A stretch of DNA of 64,000 nucleotides from Candidatus Hydrothermus pacificus (lineage in GTDB: Bacteria > Hydrothermota > Hydrothermia > Hydrothermales > Hydrothermaceae): NCBI GenBank assembly GCA_002011615.1, contig MTOH01000001.1:134549-198548 (forward strand), in the 5' to 3' direction. Below the pieces are notes generated by a model. The model was not told the DNA's origin and did not search any database. It saw nothing but the letters and a program-made list of their open reading frames with translations. Shown piece after piece: positions 47,577 to 57,740 of this stretch. The position numbers and the translations under genes are program-made. How positions within the stretch are numbered: the first letter of the stretch is position 1; each line of letters starts with the position of its first letter.

Positions 47577-48784
47577 TGGAAACTTTTGGTGTATCAGGTG
47601 CAGCAGGGTTTATTGGAAGTAATTTCACCCACTTCGCAATAGGAAAAGGTCACAAGGTAATAGCAATTGATAGCCTTTCTTATCCGGGTTTTTTATTTAA
47701 TCTCGAACCATGGATTTTAAAAAGTAGAATTCTGGGGCTAAAAAATGGAAAAGATTTTTCCAGAGTTAATTTTTCCATTGAAAAAAGGCATGACCGGATA
47801 TATAAAAAAGTGTTCTCAAATAAAGTTTTGTGTCAGATTCCGGATAACAAATTAAAAGGTTATAACATCACTCTGTTTGAAAATAAAGAAGATTTCACGA
47901 GGGAAATAGAAAGTTTCATTGAAAGCAACGAGAAATTACTTTTTATAATTGCCTCTATAACTGACGAAGAATTAATAAACATAATTTTACCCCATGTAAA
48001 TTGCTTTTTTAATTTTGCAGCAGAAACTCATGTCGACAGGTCAATTTTATCTCAGGAGGAGTTCATCTTTACCGATATACTGGGAACCTACAACATTTTA
48101 AAAGTATTGATAAAATATAAGAATGTAAAAAAATTTATACAGATATCAACTGATGAAGTTTATGGCTCTTCAATAGAAGGTAGCTTTAACGAAAGCAGTA
48201 TACTCAATCCGTCAAGTCCTTATGCTGCCACAAAGGCATCAGCAGATTTGCTATGTCTTGCCTTTTACAAGACTTTTAATGCACCTGCCATTTTAATAAG
48301 ACCATCCAATAATTATGGACCAAGACAGTATCCTGAAAAACTAATTCCTCTTTCAATAATCAAAATTTTAAAGGGAGAAAAAGTTCCGATTTATGGAAGT
48401 GGTAAACAAAAAAGGGAATGGATCTATGTAGATGATTGTGTTAAAGGAATTTATCAGGTTTTTCTGAGAGGTACAGCGGGAGAGATTTATAACATAGGGA
48501 GTGGCTTTGAAATTGAAAACCTTGAGGTTGTCCAAAAAATAGGTAATATTCTGGGCAAAAATGAAGATATTTATGAATTTGTTAAGGACAGACCTTCTCA
48601 CGATACCCGCTATTTTCTAAACAGTTCAAAAATAAAATCTCTTGGCTGGGAACCCGAAACTGATTTTGAAGAAGGTCTGAAATTGACAGTTGACTGGTAT
48701 ATAGAAAATAAAGATCTATATATAAAAATTATGGAATCTGCGGATTTTTCATCTTTTTATAAATTATGGTATCAAAAAAGATAA
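47576..48784 (+). CDS. rfbB: dTDP-glucose 4,6-dehydratase-like SDR with ~60-aa internal insertion
   Basis: Rossmann GAAGFIGSNF. Catalytic YAATKASADLL (YxxxK). RPSNNYGPRQYPEKLIP. Start ATG overlaps the upstream stop (TAATG). The segment between IDSLSY and FAAETHVDRSI is much longer than in canonical RmlB. Confidence 0.75.
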   Translation: METFGVSGAAGFIGSNFTHFAIGKGHKVIAIDSLSYPGFLFNLEPWILKSRILGLKNGKDFSRVNFSIEKRHDRIYKKVFSNKVLCQIPDNKLKGYNITLFENKEDFTREIESFIESNEKLLFIIASITDEELINIILPHVNCFFNFAAETHVDRSILSQEEFIFTDILGTYNILKVLIKYKNVKKFIQISTDEVYGSSIEGSFNESSILNPSSPYAATKASADLLCLAFYKTFNAPAILIRPSNNYGPRQYPEKLIPLSIIKILKGEKVPIYGSGKQKREWIYVDDCVKGIYQVFLRGTAGEIYNIGSGFEIENLEVVQKIGNILGKNEDIYEFVKDRPSHDTRYFLNSSKIKSLGWEPETDFEEGLKLTVDWYIENKDLYIKIMESADFSSFYKLWYQKR

Positions 48785-49731
48785 AGCAAACAGTCTTTTT
48801 AGCTTTTCGGATAATACTCTCTTTCTCTATACTCTTATTCATCTTCACGAAGATTGACATAAAACATTTTATTGAAGGAATAAAAAAGATAAACCCTTTT
48901 TTTATAATAATAGCCTTTCTTTTTTACTGGATTACTCTTTTTTTTCTTTCTGTGAGATGGAAACTACTGCTTTCGCCCTTTCTTTCAAAAAGAGTATCTA
49001 CTTTTGAGATATTTAAGGTGTATATGCTTGGTATGCTTATCAACACTGTAACTCCAGCAACAATGGGGGTTGACATCTCAAGAGGCTTGATTCTTTCAGG
49101 GCACTCATCAGGTAAAACAAAAGGATTTGCCAGCGTTCTGGTGGACAGGATAGCAGGAATGCTCGGCATATTTTTTCTTGCTGTAATCTGTATACTACTA
49201 CAATATAGAAGCTTCTCAAATAAGAATCTGGTGATATATTTTTCATCATTCTTTATCATCATTCTTCTGGGTATGATTTTAATATTTTTCCCTTTCTTTA
49301 AAAAAATTATGGAACTGATACGCAGGAAAATAAAAATATTACATGCAGGAGAAAGGCTTTATGATTTTTACAATGCCATTTACTCTTACAGGGACAAACT
49401 CTTACTGCTTATTTATGCCTTTCTGATTTCAATACTCCTTCAGATGACCTTTTCCTTTCAGGCATTCTTTGTAGGAAAATCTTTCGGAGTAAATACAGGT
49501 ACCTTAATATTTCTTTCATTCGTTCCAGTTATAAATGCGTTGAATTTCCTGCCTGTTACAATAAGTGGCCTGGGGCTCAGAGAAGCTGGTTTTTTTATTT
49601 TATTTGAAAATTACATCTCTAAAGAAGATGCAATACTTATTTCCCTTTTTTACTGGTTTGTGAGCACAGCAGGCAATTTGCCTGCCCTTTATTATTTATT
49701 TAAAAATCCTTTGAAAAGGGGGGAAAAATGA
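48766..49731 (+). CDS. Flippase-like / lysylphosphatidylglycerol-synthase TM-domain family membrane protein (UPF0104)
   Basis: Eight TM helices. N-terminal basic stretch and motif pattern typical of the TIGR00374-type flippase-like domain. Confidence 0.6.
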   Translation: MVSKKIKQTVFLAFRIILSFSILLFIFTKIDIKHFIEGIKKINPFFIIIAFLFYWITLFFLSVRWKLLLSPFLSKRVSTFEIFKVYMLGMLINTVTPATMGVDISRGLILSGHSSGKTKGFASVLVDRIAGMLGIFFLAVICILLQYRSFSNKNLVIYFSSFFIIILLGMILIFFPFFKKIMELIRRKIKILHAGERLYDFYNAIYSYRDKLLLLIYAFLISILLQMTFSFQAFFVGKSFGVNTGTLIFLSFVPVINALNFLPVTISGLGLREAGFFILFENYISKEDAILISLFYWFVSTAGNLPALYYLFKNPLKRGEK

Positions 49732-51884
49732 AAAAAACAGCAATAATTTCTGGAATTATTCTTGGAATAATCCTGATTGTTTTTGTTTCCTTTTACCTTA
49801 TGGTGAAATCCTTTTTGACTGAGGAAAGAATAACAAAATTTTCAGAAAACACCATAGAGGAAGCAACCGGGCTGGATGCACAGATTGAAAAAGTTAGCCC
49901 CAGAATATCATTAACGGGTGTAAACATCGTGGTATACGATTTAAAACTATATAAAGAGAAAAGGGAAGTGGTATCTTCCAGAGAAATTGAACTGGGTCTC
50001 AAACTAATTCCTCTTATTTTTAAAAGGATAGAAATAAGAAAAGTATCGGTAATTGAACCCGAATTTGAATACAGACTGAAGAAGAAAAAAATAATCAAGA
50101 AACAAAAGGCAGAACAAAAGGAACCACTCCAAGAACTCCCTTTTACTCTTCTGCTTGAGAACTTTGAGATTAAAAATGGTAACTTTAAAATATACAATGG
50201 TGAAAAGATTGAGATAAAAAACTTCAATTTATCTTCTAGAGGTTCTTTAAAAGGAAATATCTTTATAGCAGATGGAAAAAGCCGATTTAAAATCCACATC
50301 AAGAATTCTGATTTTACAATGTCAAACAGATTCTCTTTTGAGATGAATATGAAAAAGGACCTGCTTGAAATAAAAAATTTGAATATAAACATCATGGAAA
50401 ATGTCTTGAATATAAAGGGAAATATCAAAAATATGCTTGCAGGTAATCCCAATTATGAATTGAGTGTAGTTTCTAAAAAATTTGAACTGCGTAAACTTTC
50501 TACCTTTTTAAGAAATGAACTTTCAATCAATGGGGTTCTGGACATCAATTTAAACATAGAGGGTGCAAAGGTACCTTTTATTTATGGAAGTATAAAGAGT
50601 GAAAATATAGATTTGAGATTTCAGAAAAATTCATTCAGTATAAAAAACTTTGAAACAGATTTTAAAGGCGAAAAAATATTTTTCTCGTTTTCTACTGTTC
50701 TTCAAAACATTAAATCCCGGGTGGACGGAAGTTTACGCATTCTACCATCTCTTTATTTCAGGGTAAATTCAAAATTTGAAGGCAATTTAAAAGATTTTAC
50801 AGGAATAAACAATAATTTTCAATTAAAATTGAATCTTTCTGGTAACAACAAAAAGGCAAATTTAAAAGGAAATTTTCTGTCAGGTAAGAATAAATTAAAC
50901 ATTGATTTAAATCTGGACATTGATAAAAAGATTGATGTATCAGGCAACATATCTTCATCCTATTTTAATATGAATGAGATTGTAAAAACAGAAAAAAACA
51001 AAGACTCAAAGCAAAAACCAGGGAAAGAACCACCTTTTCTACTACCCCCCAATTTAAAAATTAAAATAAACCTTTTTATGAAAGAATTTATTTACAGGAA
51101 AGATTCTTTTAGAAACCTGAAATTTGAGTTGAAAGGAGAGGGAACAAAAATAGAAATTAAAAATTTTCGGGGAGAAGCCTTTGGCGGAGTTGTAGAAGGC
51201 TCCGGGACATTAAAAAAAGGTAGTCTATTGTTATCAACAAACTTGAAAGCCAGAAATATAAAGATTGAAAGAATCCTCTCCTCTTACAAGTTTATACCGG
51301 GTAAACTAACAGGTAATATGACCATAAATTCAAGTACCAGCATGAATCTGGAAAACATAGTGGAAAGCCTTAATTCCTCAAATTCAAGTATTGTAATAAA
51401 CGGTTATTTTGAAGGCAACAATGTGTTAAAAAAACTTTCAGAGGTTTTAAATATTAAAGAACTTAAAAAACTTAATTTTCAGAGGATGGACCTGAAATTT
51501 GAGATAAGGAAAGGGTTTTTATATTTCCCGAATTTTAAAATCAAGGCGAATGACCTTGATATTCTGCCTGGCGGAAAAGTTTCTTTAAAGGGCATCCTTG
51601 ATCTGAAAGTAGATTTTCTTTTTAAAGGCAATTATATTCGGAAGCTAAGAAATTCCGGTATACTTCCCGGGATAGTTTCAAATATAAATGAAATACCTCT
51701 TTCTATCTATATCAGGGGAACTTATGGAAAGCCTGAGTTAAAAATTGACCTGTCAAAACTTGAGAGTAAAATTAAAAGTAGTATTGAAAAAAAAGTTAAA
51801 AAGAAGTTAAAGAAGGAAAAAGAGAAAATTAAAAAAGAGATTGAGAGGGAACTTGAAAAACTTAAAAAGAAATTTGGAGGCTGA
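49728..51884 (+). CDS. AsmA-family outer-membrane biogenesis protein
   Basis: N-terminal TM anchor. Long beta-rich periplasmic region. Lys/Glu-rich C-terminal tail; 718 aa. Confidence 0.6.
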   Translation: MKKTAIISGIILGIILIVFVSFYLMVKSFLTEERITKFSENTIEEATGLDAQIEKVSPRISLTGVNIVVYDLKLYKEKREVVSSREIELGLKLIPLIFKRIEIRKVSVIEPEFEYRLKKKKIIKKQKAEQKEPLQELPFTLLLENFEIKNGNFKIYNGEKIEIKNFNLSSRGSLKGNIFIADGKSRFKIHIKNSDFTMSNRFSFEMNMKKDLLEIKNLNINIMENVLNIKGNIKNMLAGNPNYELSVVSKKFELRKLSTFLRNELSINGVLDINLNIEGAKVPFIYGSIKSENIDLRFQKNSFSIKNFETDFKGEKIFFSFSTVLQNIKSRVDGSLRILPSLYFRVNSKFEGNLKDFTGINNNFQLKLNLSGNNKKANLKGNFLSGKNKLNIDLNLDIDKKIDVSGNISSSYFNMNEIVKTEKNKDSKQKPGKEPPFLLPPNLKIKINLFMKEFIYRKDSFRNLKFELKGEGTKIEIKNFRGEAFGGVVEGSGTLKKGSLLLSTNLKARNIKIERILSSYKFIPGKLTGNMTINSSTSMNLENIVESLNSSNSSIVINGYFEGNNVLKKLSEVLNIKELKKLNFQRMDLKFEIRKGFLYFPNFKIKANDLDILPGGKVSLKGILDLKVDFLFKGNYIRKLRNSGILPGIVSNINEIPLSIYIRGTYGKPELKIDLSKLESKIKSSIEKKVKKKLKKEKEKIKKEIERELEKLKKKFGG

Positions 51885-51885
51885 A

Positions 51886-52620
51886 GTGGATAGGTTTTAC
51901 ATATTTGCAGATTTCCATTTAGGTATAAATGAACAAAGGGATAAAGAAATAATAGAAAAATTTCTCAAGACAATAGAAAAATTGCCAGAAGGAACAAATA
52001 TAGTGCTTCTGGGTGACATATTTGATTTCTGGTTTGAATACAAGGAAGTTATTTTAAAAAAATACTTCCCCTTTCTTTCAGGGATATGGAAGTATAAGGA
52101 TAAACTCAACTTTTACTTTGTTGCAGGAAATCATGATTGGTGGACAGGAAATTTTCTTGAATTCTTTGGAATAAAAACAACAAAAGGCCATTTTACATTT
52201 GATATAGAGAATAAAAAAATATTAATGGCTCATGGCGATGGCTATTTCCCGAGAGATATTTTCGGTAATCTGTTGACAAAAATCTTAAGAAATAAAATTA
52301 CAACAGGCATATTTTATATGTTTCATCCTGACATCGGGTTTCAGATAGCAAAAGGGATATCAAGAATCTCAAGACATAATTCCTCAAAGAAAGAAGTGCC
52401 CCATGAAATCCCACCAAAAGTTATAAAACATTTTGAGGAAGGCTATGATGTGGTTATACTGGGACATTTTCATTTACCCATATTTATGCAAAAAGATAAA
52501 AAATTATATTTAAATACCGGAGATTTTCCCGGTCATGAAAGCTATATAAAAATTGAAAACAATGAAATAAGTCTTATAAGCAAGGATAAAGTTTTATTTA
52601 AATCTAAAATAGGAGGATAA
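51886..52620 (+). CDS. lpxH: UDP-2,3-diacylglucosamine diphosphatase-like metallophosphoesterase
   Basis: FYIFADFHLG…LLGDIFDFWFE…AGNHDWW…GHFHLP calcineurin-like motifs. GTG start with GGAGG RBS is preferred over the track ATG at 51841, which overlaps asmA. Confidence 0.65.
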   Translation: MDRFYIFADFHLGINEQRDKEIIEKFLKTIEKLPEGTNIVLLGDIFDFWFEYKEVILKKYFPFLSGIWKYKDKLNFYFVAGNHDWWTGNFLEFFGIKTTKGHFTFDIENKKILMAHGDGYFPRDIFGNLLTKILRNKITTGIFYMFHPDIGFQIAKGISRISRHNSSKKEVPHEIPPKVIKHFEEGYDVVILGHFHLPIFMQKDKKLYLNTGDFPGHESYIKIENNEISLISKDKVLFKSKIGG

Positions 52621-52621
52621 A

Positions 52622-53428
52622 ATGAAAAAGATGTTATTTATGTTCCTGTGTTTTTTTCTGTTTGCATGTTATCCCTCCGGCAATATTGGAATTGTCAAAA
52701 TAGAAGGGGTTATATGGGACTATGAAGACAAGGTAAAAGAAATAAACTATTTCATAGAAAAAAATCCCGATATCAAAGCACTTATCCTGTATATAAATTC
52801 ACCAGGAGGTGGCGCTTCAGCTTCTTATCAGATATTCTCAGCAATAAGAAAATTCAGAGAAAAAACAGGAAAGAAGGTCTACGCCTATATCTCATCCATA
52901 GGTGCTTCAGGAGGATATTATGTTGCCTGTTCAGCCGATAAAATAATTGCTGACCCCAACTCTCTAACAGGTTCCATAGGTGTAAGGGCCTCTTTTCTGC
53001 ATTACTATAAATTACTCCAGAAAATAGGGGTCTATGAAAAAACCTTAAAATCTGGAAAATACAAGGACATAGGTTCTCCTTTTAGAGAAATGAGTAAAGA
53101 GGAAGAAAAAATAATACAGAATTTCATACAGGATGTATACGAACAGTTTGTAGAAATTGTGAGTGAATCAAGAAATTTGCCAGTGGATAAAGTGAAAGAG
53201 ATAGCTGATGGAAGGATATTTTCAGGTAAAAAAGCCGAAGAACTTGGGTTTGTTGACACAACAGGAAGTTTTGAAGACTTTAAAGACATACTCAAAAAGG
53301 AACTAAATTTAAAGAAAATAAGATTTTTAAAAGCGCCTGTTCCAAAAAAAGGATTTTTGAGAAGAATGCTTGAACTAAAAAATAACTTACTTTCTCCTGA
53401 GATAAAAGTAGAATACAGGTTTCCTTAA
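52622..53428 (+). CDS. sppA: Signal peptide peptidase SppA (S49, 36K type)
   Basis: LYINSPGGGASASYQIF…SIGASGGYYVACSADKIIA with catalytic Ser and Lys context. Confidence 0.85.
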   Translation: MKKMLFMFLCFFLFACYPSGNIGIVKIEGVIWDYEDKVKEINYFIEKNPDIKALILYINSPGGGASASYQIFSAIRKFREKTGKKVYAYISSIGASGGYYVACSADKIIADPNSLTGSIGVRASFLHYYKLLQKIGVYEKTLKSGKYKDIGSPFREMSKEEEKIIQNFIQDVYEQFVEIVSESRNLPVDKVKEIADGRIFSGKKAEELGFVDTTGSFEDFKDILKKELNLKKIRFLKAPVPKKGFLRRMLELKNNLLSPEIKVEYRFP

Positions 53429-53597
53429 CGGATTTTATTTATCCTTTATTACCTTAATATACTCCTTTTCCCCTGGTGAACAAGGGCAGGGGGAAGGGAG
53501 AATGAGGTCACGAAGGGTAATAGGAATTCTTCACTCAAAGAGGATGTTATTGGTTAATCTCTGTATCAAATAGAAAAGTCTATTAATTGGTCTCTTT

Positions 53598-55349
53598 TTA
53601 AAACATATGCCCGAGACCGAGATAAAGATATCCTTTCGTGAAATCAAGATTTCTCAACTTATAGCCCACATCCACTCTTAAGATTATGCCAAGGACTTTC
53701 CGTCTTAAACCTGCTCCAATTGTATTTACAAAACTTTTAAGGTTCAGACTCCTTATCTCGTTTTTTAGAACACCTGTATCAAAGAAAAGAACCGGATAAA
53801 CTTTAAAAGGAATATACTTAAATCTGAATTCAAGATTCATATTTATAAAATAATCGCCCGATTTAATTCCTCTCGGGTCAGGCTCACCTATGGAAAATCT
53901 ACCTACTCCTCTTACACTACCCTCTCCCCCAAGCAAAAACTTTTCTGATATCGGGACAGCATCTGTTCTACCAAATGTCCATATAAAACCTGTCCTGAAT
54001 CTTGTTGCAAGAAGTAAAAATGAAAAACGATTAAAAAATGAAAAATCAACAAGGAGCTTCCTTATATCTGCATCACCTCCAAGAATCCAGCCTGATTGAG
54101 TGGGTATTATAAGGAAAAAAGTTCCTCTGTCAGGGTCTATGAAACTGTTTCTGTCATCAAAAATAAGTGATAAAGATAGAAAATTAAGGTAAGCTTTATA
54201 TTCCTCTATTTTCCCCTCAACTCTTTGCATGCTGAGTTTTGTTCCTGTTTGTAAAAAACGCGTTATGTTCTTCGTAATCTGTGATTCAAAACCCCTTCTT
54301 AATATTTTTTCTTCAGTATCCTTATAATAGAATAAAGTCAAGCTAAAAGGTAATCTATATCCCAGCAAAAAGGGTTCGAGATATGTAACATTGCCTTCAA
54401 AATGTTTTGTAAATCTCAGGTTCTGTAATATATTTGTTTCAAGAAAAAATCTCTGACCATTACCAAAGATATTTAAATGAGAAAAATTTGTCCTGATCTG
54501 AAAATCACCTTCTGATGAATAACCCGCTCCAATATTTAATATTTTATCTTTCCTCTCTTTCATAGAAAATATCAGGTCAACAAGGGTCGAGTCTTTCTCT
54601 GGAATTATAAGATATTCAATATTACTGAAAAGCCCTGTAGAATAGAGGTTTGAAACGGAGTTGGCTATTTTCTCTATATTGAATATTTCACCCTTTTTAA
54701 TTTCAATTTCTCTGAGTGCTATTTTCTTTCTTATGCTTTTAAGTCCTTCTATTTTTATATCACTTATAGTAGCTTTTCTACCTTCTTTTAAAATATAAAT
54801 TATAACAACACTATCACCTAGTAACTCATATACTTTACGCTCCAACTCAAAAAAAGGATAGCCGTTTTTTCTATAAATAGAGTAAAGGGAAGTTTCAAAC
54901 TCCCCTATTATCTTTCTTTTATAGACCACAGGGGTAAAAGGCATCTCTATTTTTTGAAGAAACTCCTTTGCCCTTCCTTCAAGCTCAATGGTCTTTATTA
55001 TCTTCTGATTTCCCTCATAAATGTAGTAGTAAATATAATACCTTTCATCTTTTTTCAGAAACCTGTAATTCACCACTCTTGCATCAAGAAACCCCTGAGA
55101 ATGGTAAAAATCTTCTATCCTTTGAACTGCCAGAAGAATTTCTCCTTTTCTTATAGAAGTATTCTCTTTATAACCTATTATTGTTTTGAGTTTTTTGGAT
55201 GATATTTTTTTTATACCCTCAAAATAAACTTTATCAATCTTTATCTTTTCCTGTGCAATGAGCAAAAAGGGGAGAAGGAAAAATATTAATAGAGGAGATA
55301 TGGGCGATAGTCTTTTATGTTGCGGGTATTTCGAAGTTCTTCTTTCCAT
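53598..55349 (-). CDS. Omp85-family outer membrane protein assembly factor (BamA/TamA-like)
   Basis: Signal peptide. POTRA-like repeats. C-terminal 16-strand barrel region ending …YLYLGLGHMF (aromatic C-terminus). Confidence 0.8.
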   Translation of the reverse strand: MERRTSKYPQHKRLSPISPLLIFFLLPFLLIAQEKIKIDKVYFEGIKKISSKKLKTIIGYKENTSIRKGEILLAVQRIEDFYHSQGFLDARVVNYRFLKKDERYYIYYYIYEGNQKIIKTIELEGRAKEFLQKIEMPFTPVVYKRKIIGEFETSLYSIYRKNGYPFFELERKVYELLGDSVVIIYILKEGRKATISDIKIEGLKSIRKKIALREIEIKKGEIFNIEKIANSVSNLYSTGLFSNIEYLIIPEKDSTLVDLIFSMKERKDKILNIGAGYSSEGDFQIRTNFSHLNIFGNGQRFFLETNILQNLRFTKHFEGNVTYLEPFLLGYRLPFSLTLFYYKDTEEKILRRGFESQITKNITRFLQTGTKLSMQRVEGKIEEYKAYLNFLSLSLIFDDRNSFIDPDRGTFFLIIPTQSGWILGGDADIRKLLVDFSFFNRFSFLLLATRFRTGFIWTFGRTDAVPISEKFLLGGEGSVRGVGRFSIGEPDPRGIKSGDYFINMNLEFRFKYIPFKVYPVLFFDTGVLKNEIRSLNLKSFVNTIGAGLRRKVLGIILRVDVGYKLRNLDFTKGYLYLGLGHMF

Positions 55350-57076
55350 GCATTCCAGAGCTGGTTAAAACGATAACCACTTATATTCTGTGCATATTGC
55401 TGTAACATCTTTTGAATATCTTTATCATCTGGAAGGCTTTTGCTGACAAGTTTTATAAGTATAAATTTATTATCTACTTCAAGAGGTCTGTTTATCTGCC
55501 CTTCTTTAAGGTTTTCAACAACACCCATTATCTCATTTGTATTTGGAATTCCATATAATTTTTGACCCGGTTTAAAACTCTTTATTTCTCGGTAATAAGC
55601 ATAACTTTTACCTTTAAGCTCCACTTTTCCTTTGGAGAGCCATTCTTTTCTTAAACTTTCTGCCTCTACTTTCAGCTTTTCTTTCTTTCGCTGCATCAAT
55701 ACTCTGTTTTTTACAATGCTTTTGACCTTATCAAATTCTTTTATACCCCCTTCTTTCCTTTCTTTAACCTTACATAATACAAAATAATTAGGCGTCCAGA
55801 ACAAATTACTTATATCCCCTTCCTTTGCATCCTGGACAAATCTCCAGACATCCTCATTTTCACCAATAAATGGTATAAACTTAAGAGTAACAGGATAAAG
55901 ACCTGTTTCCTTAATATCTATTTTCATTGAATCAGCTGCCTTTTCAAAACCAAATTTTTTTGCAATTCTTTCAAAGTCGGTCGCTTTATTCCTAATCTCC
56001 GCCTTGGTGGTTTCACCCGTTTTTATAACAAAATCTATGCCTCTGAGAAATACCCTGTTACTCTTTCTTTTTTCAACCTTAAAAAGATAAACCCTTCCTC
56101 TCCATACAAGAGGCTTTGACACTCCTTTCAGAGTATCAATTACATTTTTAAGCTCTTTGGTAAACTCATTTGTGGAAAACCACCCCATTTCTCCAGCTGT
56201 TTTCCTGAGGGTATCAGAACTTGCATAGCTTTCAGCAGCTTCCTCAAAGGAAGTGCCTCCCAGTATAACCTCTCTCACCGTCTCTGCTTCCTCAATTTTG
56301 GACATTGTATCTTCTTTTGAGGGTCTTTTCCAGAATATAGCCATCTGCAAATTAATCATCGGAGTCTGCTTAAAATCATCCTGATGAGAATTGTAATAAT
56401 CAAGAAGTTCCTGCTCATTTATATCTGCTTCACTCATAGAATAGGATGCGGGGTCCAGAACAATGTATTCCAGGTTATAACTGGTAAGATTTTTCTTCAG
56501 GTTGTCAATTATTTCATTTTGACCCAAATGAATCAGTGTCATAAGGTCAAATCTCATCAGTTCTTTTGGAAAGGTCTCTCTGATAAGTTTCTCATATTGA
56601 ACCGCAAAATTATAATTGGATGGGTCCAGCATAAACTCTCTGTACTTCTGTATATCAAAGGTATCTCCTTTTCTAAAAAAAGTGTCGTTATAAACCTGAG
56701 GCGGAGGATAATTCATCAGTAAGAAAAAGACCGTGGAATCATCAAGGAAAAGATTTCTCTTTTCTATAAATTTTCTTAATCTTATTTCTTCTATAACTCT
56801 AAACCATGCTTCTTTTTCTATCATTCTTTCCTGAAAATCAGTAAGTTCGCCTCTCAGTTTTGAAGAATCCTGTAGCATTTGATACATTATATCTCTATAA
56901 AAATCATAGGGAATTCTAACTCCGTCAACTTCGGCAATAAAGCCCTGCTCATAGGGTTTTGCTATTCTCTTGCCCACTATATCCATACCAAGGTCAAGCA
57001 GTATCCAGCCCAGAAAAGCTATTGTTACTATCCAGAGAATTACTTTGGTTTTCTCTCTTAACTTTTGCATCAACAT
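55286..57076 (-). CDS. Periplasmic chaperone / peptidyl-prolyl isomerase (PpiD/SurA family)
   Basis: N-terminal TM anchor (VILWIVTIAFLGWILL). SurA-N-like chaperone region. Parvulin-like segment; 596 aa. Confidence 0.65.
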   Translation of the reverse strand: MLMQKLREKTKVILWIVTIAFLGWILLDLGMDIVGKRIAKPYEQGFIAEVDGVRIPYDFYRDIMYQMLQDSSKLRGELTDFQERMIEKEAWFRVIEEIRLRKFIEKRNLFLDDSTVFFLLMNYPPPQVYNDTFFRKGDTFDIQKYREFMLDPSNYNFAVQYEKLIRETFPKELMRFDLMTLIHLGQNEIIDNLKKNLTSYNLEYIVLDPASYSMSEADINEQELLDYYNSHQDDFKQTPMINLQMAIFWKRPSKEDTMSKIEEAETVREVILGGTSFEEAAESYASSDTLRKTAGEMGWFSTNEFTKELKNVIDTLKGVSKPLVWRGRVYLFKVEKRKSNRVFLRGIDFVIKTGETTKAEIRNKATDFERIAKKFGFEKAADSMKIDIKETGLYPVTLKFIPFIGENEDVWRFVQDAKEGDISNLFWTPNYFVLCKVKERKEGGIKEFDKVKSIVKNRVLMQRKKEKLKVEAESLRKEWLSKGKVELKGKSYAYYREIKSFKPGQKLYGIPNTNEIMGVVENLKEGQINRPLEVDNKFILIKLVSKSLPDDKDIQKMLQQYAQNISGYRFNQLWNAWKEELRNTRNIKDYRPYLLY

Positions 57077-57077
57077 G

Positions 57078-57701
57078 TTACTTAACCCTCTTAGCCTTTA
57101 GCCTTTTTAGTCTGAATTTATCCTCTCTTTCTCTATCTTCAAGAGTTCTCCTTATGTACGCAATTTGCTCTTTCATTTCTGGAATTATCTTCTGTTCAAG
57201 GGCATTTACTCTTCTCGTGGTTTTTTTTATCTCTTCACCAATTCTCTTCATCTTTATCTCAAGGGGAACAGTTCTAACAAGAGTATCCACAAGTCTTTCA
57301 AAATCATCGGCAGTATCATCAATTCTGGAAGTAACACTGAGAGGAGAATATCCTCTTAAAAGTATTGTTTTTCTGCCATCTGCAGGAGAGATCTCAGAAA
57401 ACTTTACTCCCCACAACTTTTTCTCAAGCACTTTTATAAAATACTCTTTTTTGGCAGCAAAAGACGCAGAGCGCAACTCTTCAGGACCATCTACTCCAAG
57501 AGTTACAACAAGGGTTTTTATTGCCCTCTGCATATCTTTGTCTATCTCTCTCTTCTTTTGTAAAAGTTCAGGTATTATTTTCATAAATTCTCCAAGAAGT
57601 GCGTCTCTTTTATTTTTGAGAAGCTCAGCGCCTGATGTTGCAACCTCTACCTGCCTCTTTTTAAGAAGCAGGTTCATTCTTGTGGGACTTGCTTCTGCCA
57701 T
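57078..57701 (-). CDS. V/A-type ATPase subunit D homologue (stand-alone)
   Basis: …SPTRMNLLLKKRQVEVATSGAELLKNKRDALLGEF… and C-terminal …RRVNALEQKIIPEMKEQIAYIRRTLEDRERE… match the V-type ATPase subunit D family; 207 aa. Confidence 0.7.
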   Translation of the reverse strand: MAEASPTRMNLLLKKRQVEVATSGAELLKNKRDALLGEFMKIIPELLQKKREIDKDMQRAIKTLVVTLGVDGPEELRSASFAAKKEYFIKVLEKKLWGVKFSEISPADGRKTILLRGYSPLSVTSRIDDTADDFERLVDTLVRTVPLEIKMKRIGEEIKKTTRRVNALEQKIIPEMKEQIAYIRRTLEDREREDKFRLKRLKAKRVK

Positions 57702-57740
57702 AAGAACTTAATTTTATAATAAAAGATGTTTTATTTTCAA

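Noticed and set aside
47690-48010. Possible intein or intron in rmlB
   Set aside because: The insertion is only ~60 aa and in-frame. It lacks Cys/Ser…HN-Cys/Ser/Thr intein boundaries and has no group I/II intron structure; it is more likely a lineage-specific loop.
49793-50452. 219-aa minus-strand ORF
   Set aside because: It is antisense within asmA, low-complexity, and has no start context.
56959-57711. 250-aa plus-strand ORF rich in Ser/Leu/Phe
   Set aside because: It is antisense to the V-ATPase D-like and ppiD-like genes. The sense-strand genes have clear family motifs and this one has none.
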